DNA of 64,000 nucleotides, taken from assembly GCF_018350175.1 (NCBI RefSeq), contig NC_058375.1:105648001-105712000 (forward strand), read 5' to 3'. The DNA is from Felis catus. Lineage: Eukaryota. Below are positions 1 to 18,200 of this stretch, in pieces (position 1 is the stretch's first letter; every line of letters begins with the position of its first letter). Both the position numbers and the translations under genes were made by a program. A model generated the notes under the pieces. That model was given only the letters and a program-made list of their open reading frames with translations, did not search any database and was not told the origin of the DNA.

Positions 1-21
1 ACATTAAAAAAAAAGGGGGGG

Positions 22-235
22 GGGGCGGTGCCTGGGTGGCTCAGTCAGTTAAGCGTCTGACTTTGGCTCAGGTCATGATCTCGTAGTTCATGAGTTTGAA
101 CCCCACGTCAGGTTCTATGCTAACAGCTAAGAGCCAGGAGCCTGCTTCGGATCCTGTGTCTCCCTCTTTCTCTGCCCCTCCTCCACTTACGCTCTGTTTC
201 TCTCTCTCTCAAAAATAAATAAACATAAAAAAAAA
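22..235 (+). mobile_element. Can-SINE (feliform type)
   Basis: tRNA-derived head GCCTGGGTGGCTCAGTCAGTTAAG, body GCTCAGGTCATGATCTC, (CT)n tract and AATAAA/A-tail. Confidence 0.92.
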
Positions 236-1256
236 TTTTTTTTTAAAGCAAAATTATTTCCTACAAAAGAAAATATCTCAGTGTCATTGTGACGGGTGTT
301 AGCAGTGTGTGGTAACTGACCCTCAAGAGGACAAATAGGTGTGTAGAGGATAGAGTAGTGAAATATACTGGAGGGGAGCAGAGGATACGAGGGAAAGTTT
401 CCTAAGAGAGTTGACCCTTGATCTCACTCTTGAGTGTTTGTTCTTGGAATGGGGAGGTGAGGTAGTTAGGAAGAGCATCCAGGCAGAGAGAGGAATTAAT
501 ATAAGCAAAGGCAGGCAGGCATGAAATAGCATGGTAGATTGGGAGAAATGGAATTTGTTATGCATGGCTGGAGCATAAAATGTGACCCAGAAGTAGGACA
601 TAGGAAGAGATGAGACTAGGGAGGTGGATGGGGCTAGATTTTGGACACCCTTTAGGCCCTGCCAAGGAGATTAGACTTGATGTTAGGATAGAGGGGAGCT
701 ATTGTGAATTATATTTTATCCAGATCCTGACAGAATCAAATTTGCATTTTTCAGATGATCACTCAGCAGCTTTGTGGAGGATAGCTTAGGAGGGCCTGAG
801 ACGGGAAGTGGGTGTTTGGTTGGGAAATTGTTGGAACGATCTAGGTGAGAGATATTGAGGGCTTAGAATAAAGCGATAGCAGAGGGTTGGAAAGGAGGAG
901 ACAGATAAGGATTGAGGTAGAGTCCATAGGATCTGGTGAACTGTGTGCCATTTGGGTATTAAGCAGATTGAGTGACAGGAGAGACTGAAATACTGGGTGC
1001 CAAGCGTGTCAGTCGGAAAGGCAGCTCCTAAGGAGATCAAATACGTGGATGAGATGCTTGTCGCTGATACTTCACCAAGTTCACTTATATACTATTTTTT
1101 CCCGTTTATATACTATTTAAAGATGACTTCGGTTCTCACATGAAAGAAAAGAATTGAGAGCAGTGAGGCCGAGGTGGAAGTGACCAAAGTTCTCAAGTGT
1201 TTGCCTAAGATGTGCATTTTCCTTCATGGGTGAGGTGGAGCTTTGGTTACAAGTAG

Positions 1257-7551
<6,295 letters not shown>

Positions 7552-8573
7552 CTGCTGGGGGCGGTCGGGGTAGGGAGGGCGGTTGCTCAAACCACCTCAG
7601 TTGCACGTGTTGAGATGTGTCAGCAGTTCTGACTTCGGTGCTCTGGGGTCTGGTGTACTGTTTTCGTGAACCTGGGAGGAGAAAGAAGTGAAAGAAAACA
7701 GTTGCTTGAGGGATGGCTTTTGGCCTTTTCTCCAGATCTCTACCCATTAGACAGATTATATTATTTAATTCTCCAAATCTGCACTGACTCTCCTCTGTTT
7801 CGTTGGCCAGGGGCACAAGGTAGTACCTGCATAGCTGCGGCAGAGCGGCACAGGAAAGCATACCCCAGCAGTGCCCTCAGTAAGGCTCTTCAACAGAACC
7901 GGTATCTCTCATGAAACCAAGCAATCATTGTCTCCTTGTATTCATTTATTCTCTTATTCATTCAGGTATTTATTGGTTACCTCCTTTAAGCTAGATAGAA
8001 GACAGTGTGTGCTTTTGGAAACTTCTCTTGCTGTTTTCAGCCTTCAGCAGAATCCGGCCCCATGATTCCTCTTTCTGCCCCCAGTTAAGTGGTGGTGTCT
8101 AAGGCCGAGTTGGCCACAGTTGTGTTCTGAGCTCATTCTGACTCTTTTAGGATTGTTGGGAGGCCATTATCTTCTGTCCTGGTCAGCTGGCCTGGCTCTC
8201 AGTTTCTGGGATACCCCAGAGCCACGGGGACCCTGAAAAGACCCAGAAGACCCCTGGTTCTTGAGAGTTCAGGAGACACCCAGGAAGGCCTTAAGACCAC
8301 ATAGGCACTCTTCCCAAAAGACAGCAAAAGTGCAGTGAGAGCCCCGGCTCTATGCCCTGCTTTGGTGGCCCCAAATTCCTTGTCCATCTCGTTCTCTTCT
8401 TGTTCATATCGAAGGGAACATGGAGTTCTAATACTGAGTGCCGTGAACTATGTCTCTCTTGGCAAGACCCTTCATTTCTCTAGGTCTCATTTTCCCCATC
8501 TGTAAGACCAAGGGTCTGAACTAGATGTTCTCTGGTATTCTGGGATCTGCCTCTTTTGCCATCTCTCCCCTGC

Positions 8574-8576
<3 letters not shown>

Positions 8577-8620
<44 letters not shown>
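8577..8620 (+). repeat. (TG)22 microsatellite in the PRUNE1 3' UTR
   Basis: Read directly. Confidence 0.95.
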
Positions 8621-8623
<3 letters not shown>

Positions 8624-9043
8624 TTTATTTCTGTTTTCCCTGGGAAAGCTCAGGGTGGGTGAATTGTATTTATATGTGATTGTACCAAGAGACTCAGCCT
8701 CATGTAGCATGTACAGGGGTGTGATTCATACCGTAGTGACCCACAGAGCACTCCCCCACTGACTCGTTCTGCATGTGTAGAGTCTCCCTTTTGCCTTCAG
8801 ACCAACCTGCTCCCCTTTTTCCTACCCCACGGCCCTATTCCATGTAAGTTGCCAGTGGTTCCACCGAACAGTGGGATGTGTGACAGTTTTGGCATGACGT
8901 CTTCAGTAAGAGGGGGATGATGTGACTTCGCTTTAGGGGATGATGTCTGTAGCCATTGGAAGGTAAAAATAGTTGTGTGATTTCTGAACCAAAGGAATTT
9001 ATGTTTTGTAACTCGGGTACCTTATTTTGCATTTTGTTAAAGT

Positions 9044-9049
9044 ATTAAA
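9044..9049 (+). terminator. Likely PRUNE1 polyadenylation signal (ATTAAA)
   Basis: Variant hexamer with a U-rich upstream region (TTTTGTA) and a downstream T/GT-rich element. Confidence 0.6.
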
Positions 9050-9404
9050 TACTTTTTTTTTTTTCCTGTTTGGGGTCTCATTGTCTCTTTTTATAACTGT
9101 AATCAGGCCCTTCCCTCTGATAATGGTTTCAGTCTCCTCAAGACGCATCTCCCTTCTTCCTGCTCTAGGGGATGGCTCCCTTCATTAACTGTTTTTGGGA
9201 ATGAGGAGTGACAGCCTTCTATCTCTCCTTATCCTCAGCCTTTCATTTGTTTCTTCTTCTAGAACCCAGAACGCTCCTAAAGATGGCTTTCCCAATCTTG
9301 CTTATGCTCAAAAAGTGGGGCCAAGATAGTCTCAAAACCAAAATATTTTTTTACCACTGTCTTTTGCTTTTTGGTTTTTTTTTATTTTTTTGTTTAAAGA
9401 GCAG

Positions 9405-9607
9405 CCTCCAGGTGGCTCGGTCGCTTAAGGTCCAGCTCTTGATTCAGCTCAGGTCATGATCTCATGGTTTGTGAGACTGAGCCCCATGTCGGGCTATGCA
9501 CTCACTCTGCAAGAGCCTGCTTGGGCTTCTCTCTCTCCCTCTCTCTCTGCCCCTCCCCTGCTTGCTCTCTGACTCTCTCAAAATAAATAAATTTAAAAAA
9601 AAATAAA
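9405..9607 (+). mobile_element. Can-SINE between PRUNE1 and BNIPL
   Basis: Degenerate head, GCTCAGGTCATGATCTC, (CT)n tract, AATAAA tail. Confidence 0.88.
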
Positions 9608-9927
9608 GAGTAGCTTCCAGAAGATTATAAGGAGTTGGGAAGGGAAAACAAATTGCCTTCCTTGACTCCCCTGAGACTAGCCATTTTAGAAAATGTTCTC
9701 TCCTCCAAAGCCCGCCCCCACATAGGCAGGGTTTTTCTCTTGGGCAAACCTGTTCCTTGGGAAGGGAAAGGGAGGTGGCAAAACCTGTTTGAAGGCGAGG
9801 TTGCCTTCCTTGGAGGCAGGAGCATCTAGCAGTGAGACAGAGAAGGCCACGAAAGTTCTGGGGAGCCAGGACAACCCACTCTCAAGACAGCTGCAAGCAT
9901 TTAAGGGAGACAGACCAACGTGGCAAG

Positions 9928-12900
9928 ATGGGGACCACACAAGAGGTGGGAGAAAAGACATTAGACCTTGGGTAAGTAAGATCTGGCCCACTGGATTGGA
10001 AACGAGCAATGAATAGTTGTGAGCTCTGACCAGGGCAAATCTTGGCTTCCTGGAAGAGACCCGACTGCAAGAAAAGGAATTTGCAGAGGAGTAGGGTGGC
10101 TTCAGGTAGAAAATGGGGAACTGGGGGTTCAGGATAATCCCCTATTGTGTTGTATCTGATAAAACTGCCCATTGGGGGGCCTGGGTGCCTTAGTCAGTTA
10201 AACGCCTGACTCTTGGTTTCGGCTCAGGTCATGATCTCATGGTTCGTGGGTTCAAGCCCCACATCTGGCTCCGTGCTGATGGTGTGGACCTGCTTGGGAT
10301 TCTTTCTCTGTCCCTCTCCTGCTCGCTCTCTCTCTGTCNNNNNNNNNNNNNNNNNNNNNNNNNNNNNNNNNNNNNNNNNNNNNNNNNNNNNNNNNNNNNN
10401 NNNNNNNNNNNNNNNNNNNNNNNNNNNNNNNNNNNNNNNNNNNNNNNNNNNNNNNNNNNNNNNNNNNNNNNNNNNNNNNNNNNNNNNNNNNNNNNNNNNN
10501 NNNNNNNNNNNNNNNNNNNNNNNNNNNNNNNNNNNNNNNNNNNNNNNNNNNNNNNNNNNNNNNNNNNNNNNNNNNNNNNNNNNNNNNNNNNNNNNNNNNN
10601 NCTAATATCCACTCCCCAGAATGGCCCTCAGGAAAGCTGACCCAGAAAGAAGCTGAGGTCCAGGTACTCCTTCCCAGCAAATCTTCCTCCTTACCTTCTT
10701 CCCCCACCCCTCCACCTCTGCCAGGCTTTGCCCTGACCACTCCCCAGCATCAGGCCTGACGAGGTGCCATCATCCCCAGCCCTGCCTGGTGACAGCTGGG
10801 CGGGTCTGTCAAGTTCCACCCAATCGTATGTAACAAGGAATATCTTTACCACTCTCGTGTAGGTAGAGCAAGGCCACAGAGTTAAATACGATTATACGAT
10901 TAGCTTTACATTCCACCCTCCCTGGGCTCTGAAAACCCCACCGTGGGGGTGATCTGTTTCCAGGAAGGGGTGGAGGTAGTAGAAGTATCCAGAAGACAAG
11001 AGATCTGAGGGTTTTCTTAAGGCCTGCTCTCTGCTCTGTACCTTAATTACTGTTCATTCCAGTGTCTCCTACCTACGATCCAGTTCCCTGAAGACACTGC
11101 CGAGTTTGTCTCACGATCACCTCTTCTCCCCTGGGACTCTTAGGGCTGGGGAGAATGCTGAAGCAGGGCCAGCAGCACCCCTGAGACTCGGGGAGCTGGA
11201 GCTGAAGGAAGAGTGGCAGGATGAGGGATTCCCCAGGTGAGGACTTTAAGGGATGTTCCTTAGGACTTGAAGGAAGGAGCGGGGGAGGGAGGCAGAGGTG
11301 AGAAAATCGTGGCAGGGCAAGAGGACTGATAAACTGATACCTGGCTCGATGCGGTTACCCTCATTTCTGCTCCCCCTTGGAATCTTTCCCCTCTAGACTT
11401 CTTCCTGAAGAAGTTGACCGTTCTGAAGATCCTGAGGATCCCAAGAGAGACTCACAGGCAGGTTGGTAAATTAGAACATAGGTCTCGGGGCCCCTGGGTG
11501 GCTCAGTCGGTTGAGTGTCCAACTTCGGCTCAGGTCATGATCTCACGGCTCATGAGTTCAGGCCCCGTGTCAGGATTTGTGCTGACAGCTGGGAGCCTAG
11601 AGCCTGCTTCGGATTCTGTGTCTTCCTCTCTCTCTGCCCCTCCTCCACTCACGCTCTTTCTCTCTCAAAAATAAATAAACATTAAAAAAAAAAAAAAAAG
11701 TAGGCCTCAAGTTCTTGATTCTAGCCCAGACTGCTGCCCTCATCCCATCACAGTTCTACTTCTCTTTTCCCCAATGTCCCATGTTAGTTCTTCTTTAGAA
11801 TTTACCCCATCTCACTACTTCTATATGCAGGAATTCCATCTCTTCTTGCCAACACACACATATTTTTTTATTCTTTTCTCCTTTCTCCCAATCCCAGGTA
11901 CACCAAGCACTTTAGCCCTGTGTAGCCCACGCCCCATGCGTAAGCGTCTCTCTGCCCCAGAGTTGCAGCTGAATCTGACTAAGGAGAGTGGAGGCCGTGG
12001 AGCTTCTCCCACTCATTCCGAACCTTCCTCTCCTGATGGCAGTTCTGACCTGGAGGTAGACGAACTGGAGACACCTTCAGACTCGGAGCAGCTGGACAGT
12101 GGACATGAATTTGAATGGGAAGGTGGGAAAGAAACCTGAGGCTGGAGCTGGTAGGAGTAGAAGCTAGAGTTAAAGCAGCTCAGGATGGATTTAATCGGAC
12201 TAAAGTTAGAAGCAATAATGTGGGGACCAAGTGATAAGGTCAGCAAAATTACTTTCCTCAGAACAGAAAGCTAGAGCCTATAGATCCCATGCGAGAGTCA
12301 TCAGTAGAGGGGTGGGGAGGGTCCTTTGTTTATTAAGGAAAATTTTATCCGGTGAGTGTTACATGCTATTACTGACCAAGAACCAAGTTATAAAGATGAA
12401 TAAGATAGTCCTATCCTCAGGGAATTCTCTGTTTAATAGGAAATTAAAATATACATATTTTATGCAAATAAATATAGTTAAGGATTATGGTCTACATATG
12501 TATAGGTTATGGGTCAGCAGGGATGAGAACAAGGTCAATTCTGCCTGAGAAACATTAGGAAAGACTTCACAGAGGAGGTGATTCTGAGCTGGCCTTTATC
12601 AGGTAGCTGGGGAGGCATTCTAGGTGGAAGAAACAAGTTGAGTAAGAACGTGGCATGTTGGAGAATTCAAAGTATTAAGCATGACTATTTTGATATTAAG
12701 GAAAACTTTGTTTCTTCTCTACTCACAACACTTCCGACACCAGATGTGTGGGTTTTCCCCACCCCAACCAATTCTCCACTTCTCCAGACATCAAAAGGGT
12801 GTCTTACAGTTCAGCCATGCTGCTTGACTGGAGTCAGCACAGACCCCACAGGTTAAGGGCTCCCCTACAGGACTGCCCTGGACTTCAGATGCCAACCACA

Positions 12901-15900
12901 TGTCCAAATTGTCACTTGAGCTTCTGAATCAGGGTGCTATGTTAAGTTGGCAAGAGTCAAATCATGGAGGTCCTTGCTACCATACTGAGGAGTTTAGATT
13001 TTATCCAGTAGGCAATGAAAAGGCACTGAATGGTTTTAATCAAGGGAGTAACATGATCAGATTTGACGGCTCTAAAGAGGTTGGAAACAACCTAAAGGTC
13101 CATCAGTCGAGTATTAAATCTAATACAGTGTGTCCATGCAATGGAATACTAAATACTAGGCAACAATTTCTTAAGATGAAGCGGCTGTTTCCATTGCTAT
13201 GGAAGGATCATGCAGAATTGCTGGATATGGTATATTGCCATTTGAATAAGAAAGATAGGGTAGAAAACAAAGCTTGCTGTAGCAAGGGGGTAGAAGGTGG
13301 AATGAAGTAAACAAACTAGAGGCAAGGAGACCAGTTAAGAGGTTAGCACTAAAGCCAGGTGAGTAATGCTAAGAACCTGAATCAGGACAGCAATAGTGGA
13401 AAGAATAATAAGAGAATACAATGGAGATAGATGGAAGAAGATATGGGGTCCAGCTGGCTTGAGCACTGACAGAGAAGAAAATCTTGGATGACATCAGTTT
13501 TCTCTCTCAGGCCGCTAGATGGGTGGAGTCATCAAGAAAGGAAATATGGCTGGGGCACCTGGGTGGCTCTGTTGATTGAGTGTCTGACTTTGGCTCAGGT
13601 CATGATCTTGCAGTTCATGAGTTCGAGCCCCACGTCAGCTTCACTGCTGTCAGCCTGTCAAAGCAGAGCCCACTTCAGATCATCTGTCCCTCTTTCTCTA
13701 CCCATCCCCTACTTGTGCTCTCCCAAAAATAAGAAAAAAAAAAAAAAAAGGAAATATGGGAGAGAGGAGGAAGAGAATGAGTCTGACTTACAGCTGGGTG
13801 TGGTGACTTGAAGATGACACAAACTAGAGATGTCCACTCTAAGCGTTTAGGGACATGGGCCTGGAGTTAGGAGAGACGTGTGGGTTAGAGAGGCAAATTT
13901 GGAATCATCACCTTACTGGTGGTGATTGAAGACATGGGAAGAGATGAGCTCACCCAAGGAAAAGCATGGAAAGAAGAATCCGGAAAAAAACTAATACTGG
14001 CAAGGGCCATGGACCTACCATAGTGCAGGGTTACCTCAAGGCCAGTGTCTAGTGAAAAAGTGAGGATCATGAGTCACAGGAAATAGAAACCAGCAAGCGG
14101 TTGTATTGATTGGACAAACTAGGGCTGGAGTCCTGGAAAACACTGAGGAATGAGATGTTGGAGTAATCAACTCTAAGAACCTGGGGAAGTTACAAGACAC
14201 TGAAGGTATGTACTGTGCCTTATGGACCCTTCCCCATCCCTCTCTTTTAGATGAGCTGCCCCGTGCAGAGGGTCTGGGGGCCAGTGAAGCAGCAGAAAGG
14301 CTGGGCCGGGGTTGTGTGTGGGATGTAGCTGGAGAAGATGGTCGTCACTGGAGAGTGTTCCGAACAGGACAGCGGGAACAGCGAGTGGACATGACAGTCA
14401 TTGAGCCCTATAAGAAAGCCCTCTCTCATGGAGGTAATGACTACCATAAGTGGAGGGGTAAGAACTGTGACTTACTGAATAAAAGGCTTGAGTTGGAAAC
14501 TCAGTTACTGGGTACAAAATCCTTCCTGTAACTTTCAGAGACCCTCAGAGTCCTTCAACCTAAACAGATGTACTGTCAATGTGTAGCTGTTGACTGAATA
14601 AATGGTCCCTTTGTCCTCTCCAGGTTACCATGGTGATGGCCTCAATGCTGTCATTGTCTTTGCTTCCTGTTACCTACCCAGCAGCAGCATCCCCAACTAT
14701 ACCTATGTCATGGAGCACTTGTTCAGGTGAGTCCGACGCCCTGAAGGGCCCCAGGGTGGATGTTGGGAGGGAAAAGCAACAACAAGAACGCCCTGTGATC
14801 AGCAGCTGACTGGAAAGTCTACAGTCATGTCCCCCCGACACCCCACATCCTGAAGCATGTCCCTTCCTTGACAGTTGTGTGCCCCCCAGGTATATGGTGG
14901 GAACTCTGGAGCTGCTGGTAGCTGAAAATTACCTGCTTGTCCACTTGAGCGGAGGCACGACTAGAGCCCAGGTCCCACCTCTGGGCTGGATGCGCCAGTG
15001 TTACCATGCTCTGGACCGGCGGTGAGCCACGGGGCAGCGGGGCTGCCACTCTCTCTGTGCCTTCTCTTTCCCTCTTTCCATTCTTTCTTCTTCCACGTAG
15101 CCCCGTCCTCTTCATCTTGTCCCTCTACACCCCTTTCCAGGCCTCTCCTGTCTTCCGTCCTCTCTCGGAGTCAGGGAAATCTAGTCGCAGATCTTGCCTT
15201 TCCCATTTACCTGCTGTATGACTTTCGGCAAGTCACTTAGCCTCCCTGGGACTCCATTTCCTTCTCTGCAGAACAGCAACAAGAATACCTTCGCCATCGC
15301 GCACGTGTGAAAATCAAATAAATCAGCGTGGCATGTTGCCTGGCACACAGAAGGTGCTCCCTTTGGTCACCATCTCACCATTTATTTCATTTCCCAGGAG
15401 CCACTGTCTCTGCCTCTCTTCTCTGCCTGCTTCCCTGACCCGTAAGGCTTTGTTCCATGCGATGTTCCCTTTTCCTCCTTTCTTTCCCCCATCTTCCCTT
15501 TGCTCACTTTTCTCTTTCTTTTTGTTTCTTCCCCCCTCCCCCCCACTGGCCTTCCTCCACCTGGAGTTCTGTCAGTTGTCCTCGTCACAAGGGGAGGGGA
15601 CAGGGGAGTCACCAAGGACTTAGACAAGGGTAGGGCACAGGAGGGAGGTGGGGCAGAGGAGGACTCCAGGCTGAAGAGTTCTGGCAAGAGATTCCTAAAA
15701 CCAAGGAGCCTTGGGGCACCTGCGTGGCTCAGTTGGTTAAGCTCTGGCCTTGGGCTCAGGTCATGATCTCACAGTTCACAAGTTCAAGCCCCGCATCGGG
15801 CTCTGTGCTGACAGCTCAGAGCCTGGAGCCTGCTTCGGATTCTGCTGTGTCTCCCTCTGTCTCTGTCCCTCCTCCTGCCTGCATTCTGTCTCTCTCTCTC

Positions 15901-16895
15901 TCAAAAATAAATAAACATTAAAAAAAAAGATTTAAAAAGAAATAAAACTGAGGAGCTTCGCAGGGCTAAACATGATGGGTGGGGCTTAGACTGTGGCCGA
16001 GGAGCAGGGACTAGCCCCAACTGCCAGAGAAATCTAGAAACTGCAGAAGTGAAAGCACAGAAGATAGCTCCACCTGATTTTCTGGAATGAAGGTGGGAGA
16101 ACAGAACAATCTCCTATTCTGCAGCCTCCGGAAAAACCTGCGTGGCCTGGTCGTTGTCCACACCACATGGTATGTGAAGGCATTCTTGGCACTGCTGCGA
16201 CCCTTCATCAGGTACAAGCTTTGGGGACCAGGACCCGCTCCCATTTTCAAAATCAAGATTAAGAAGATCTTGCCCCACCCTGGCTCCTTCTAGCCTTAAC
16301 CATGATATACTTGTCACATGTCCCTTTGTAAGCCTCTCCAGGAGCCCTCTTCCCAGTACAACACACACTTGGCTTATCCTCTCTTTTCAGTTCCAAGTTC
16401 ACACGAAAGATCCGTTTTCTGAACAGCCTGCGAGAGCTGGCCCAACTCATCTCCTTGGATCAGGTTCACATCCCTGAAGCTGTCAGACAGTGAGTTCCGA
16501 GCTTAAGGATAAAAGTTGGGGGTGGGATGTATAAAGCCAATTCCCATTTTCTTAATGCCTTGGGAGAGATGCAGGGGAACTAAATAAAAAACGATACATA
16601 TAAGTGCTGAGGCATCCAAGAATAAAGGAATATTCACAGCACCGAATTTAGAGGAGACTGAGATCACCCCTAGAGGTCAAGAAGGGATATGTTGGCAGTG
16701 CAAAGGAGAAAACATGTGTTGGGGGGAGGTCCTAGGGGACCTCCAGCTTAACCAGCACCAGATCTTCTCCTTCAATTCTCTGGCTTCTCTCCCCAAACCA
16801 GTAGGTAAAATCCAGGTCTTGCTCCTGTACCACCTTTTTGTTTTTCTCTCTCTCCTAGGCTGGACAGGGATCTCCATGGCTCAGGAGGTACCTAG
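9928..16895 (+). CDS. BNIPL: BCL2-interacting protein like (BNIP-2-like; BCH/CRAL-TRIO domain), 355 aa
   Basis: Ten exons: 9928-9971, 11144-11236, 11397-11461, 11898-12122, 14251-14433, 14624-14726, 14890-15021, 16125-16211, 16391-16489, 16859-16895. Total 1068 nt, open frame ending TAG. Motifs include [71 protein letters not shown] and [11 protein letters not shown]. Confidence 0.96.
10174..10338 (+). mobile_element. Can-SINE truncated by the assembly gap
   Basis: Head and body present; the (CT)n tract runs into N. Confidence 0.88.
10339..10601. other. Assembly gap (263 N) in BNIPL intron 1, starting in a SINE (CT)n tract
   Basis: Run of N. Confidence 1.
11487..11699 (+). mobile_element. 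Can-SINE 25 bp downstream of BNIPL exon 3
   Basis: Full-length head, body and tail. Confidence 0.93.
12700..12930. mobile_element. MER21-like ERV LTR fragment
   Basis: TACTCACAACACTTC.GACACCA.ATGTGTGGGTTTT...CAGACCCCACAGGTTAAGGGCTC...ACTTCAGATGCCA resembles the MER21 family as I recall it. Confidence 0.65.
13552..13749 (+). mobile_element. Can-SINE in BNIPL intron 4
   Basis: Head GGGGCACCTGGGTGGCTC; flanking duplication AAAGGAAATATGG on both sides. Confidence 0.92.
15713..15945 (+). mobile_element. Can-SINE in BNIPL intron 7
   Basis: Full-length; flanks AAAACCAAGGAGC / AAAACTGAGGAGC. Confidence 0.92.
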
Positions 16896-17379
16896 TATAA
16901 GACAGGACTCAAGGACCTTAGAACCAAGCAAAGATACTGATCTGCCTATGCCCTAACCCTGAAATATCTGGGCTGCTTCCTAAACCACCTCATCTTCAAC
17001 CCTAGTGCCACTGGACCTTCACATATCATTGGGGTGTCATTCCTCTCATAACCCTGCCTTCAAAGTTCTGAGGTCCGGAACCTGATCTGCGGGGGGGGCG
17101 GGGAGGCAACACATCATTTCAGCAGTAGGGGTGCATGTAGGGGTGTCTTGTATGGGAAAGGTCAAGGCTGTGGGTTTTAGTCCTGCTTGAGCTGCAGAAC
17201 CCTGGGCAAATAACTGCATCTCACTGAGTGTCCTCTTTTCCTCCCCCTTCAAATGGGAGCCCCTGGTCACCTGTGAAGCTCAGGGTGGGTGGGGCATAAC
17301 TGACCGCGGCAAGCCCCCCACCCCCACCCCGTCTGTTGGGGGACCAGGAGTCAGCTCCCTACGTATTGAAGAACCGCTG

Positions 17380-18200
17380 TTTCCTTCTTCGTCACGTCTG
17401 CTGCCTGTGAGCCTGGGAAGGAGCTCTTTCAAAGCCTGTAGTTTCGTCTTGTCTCGTAAACTCAGATCCGTAGCGGTTAATAAACTGCGATGCACGATGT
17501 AAGCTCGGCTCCGAGGAAGTGCACTGCCTGACCAGGCCCTTACGTCACAATTGCGTCTGGTGGTTCCGCAGGAGTTCTGGCTGCTGGAGTTCCTGGGATT
17601 TTAGCTCAGCCCCTCGGGCTACGGGCTACGCCGAGAGGGCCTGGGGGAGGGGCGTGGCGCGCGGTAGGAACCCCACGGGCCTCGGTTCCAACGACCCCCT
17701 GGGTCGAGAGTGGAAGGGAGGGAAGAGGTGGGAGACCCGGCCTCCTTCGCTGGCCTCCTCCTCAGCCGCCCACTGCCCGGCCCCATGGTCCCCGCCGCCG
17801 GCGCGCTGCTCTGGGCCCTGCTGCTGAGTCTGGGGCCCCGGGTGGCGGGGGCCCAAGGCCTGACTTCCACCGAGTCGCAGCGGGTAAGTTTCCGCTCCGG
17901 GGTCCCGATGTCCCGCAACTACCGGACCACCCCCCGGACCGGCGCTCCCAAGAAGATGAGGGTAACAATGGAGGACGAGGATGACCTCGTGGCCCATGCC
18001 GACCGCCTGGCAGGCCCGGCCGCGGCCGAGCTTTTGGCCTCCACGGTGGCCACAGGCGTCAGAAAGTCAATTGTGTCATCGCCGGAGGAAGATGAGTCTT
18101 TGGAAGAGGGGGTTGTGATCAACGCCAGAAAGAGTAATGTGAGCGGAGAGGCTCTCCGAGCGACTTCCAATACGGCGAGGATGCCCAACCCGAGGTTTAA
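17380..18200. promoter_or_regulatory. CpG island / promoter of C1orf56
   Basis: Sharp rise in CpG and GC content. CRE-like TTACGTCA at 17540-17547 and GC box GGGGCGTGGC near 17649-17658. Overlaps the start codon at 17785. Confidence 0.8.
17479..17484 (+). terminator. Likely BNIPL polyadenylation signal (AATAAA)
   Basis: First canonical AATAAA I found downstream of the BNIPL stop (about 580 nt). Confidence 0.6.

Larger units (their letters stand above)
7552..9070 (+). other. PRUNE1: PRUNE1 3' UTR (approximate end)
   Basis: Follows the stop codon. ATTAAA at 9044-9049 is followed by a T-rich/GT-rich tract. The end position is inferred. Confidence 0.6.

Noticed and set aside
10213-10740. ORFs containing long X runs (also 60182-60654)
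   Set aside because: Artefacts of translating N-gaps.
9928-16895. Possibility that BNIPL is a pseudogene because the ORF track shows only fragments
   Set aside because: Manual splicing gives an uninterrupted 1068-nt frame with canonical GT-AG at all nine introns.
17710-17784. 25-aa N-terminal extension of C1orf56 in the ORF track
   Set aside because: Starts at GTG. The ATG at 17785 begins a clean signal peptide that matches the known N-terminus.
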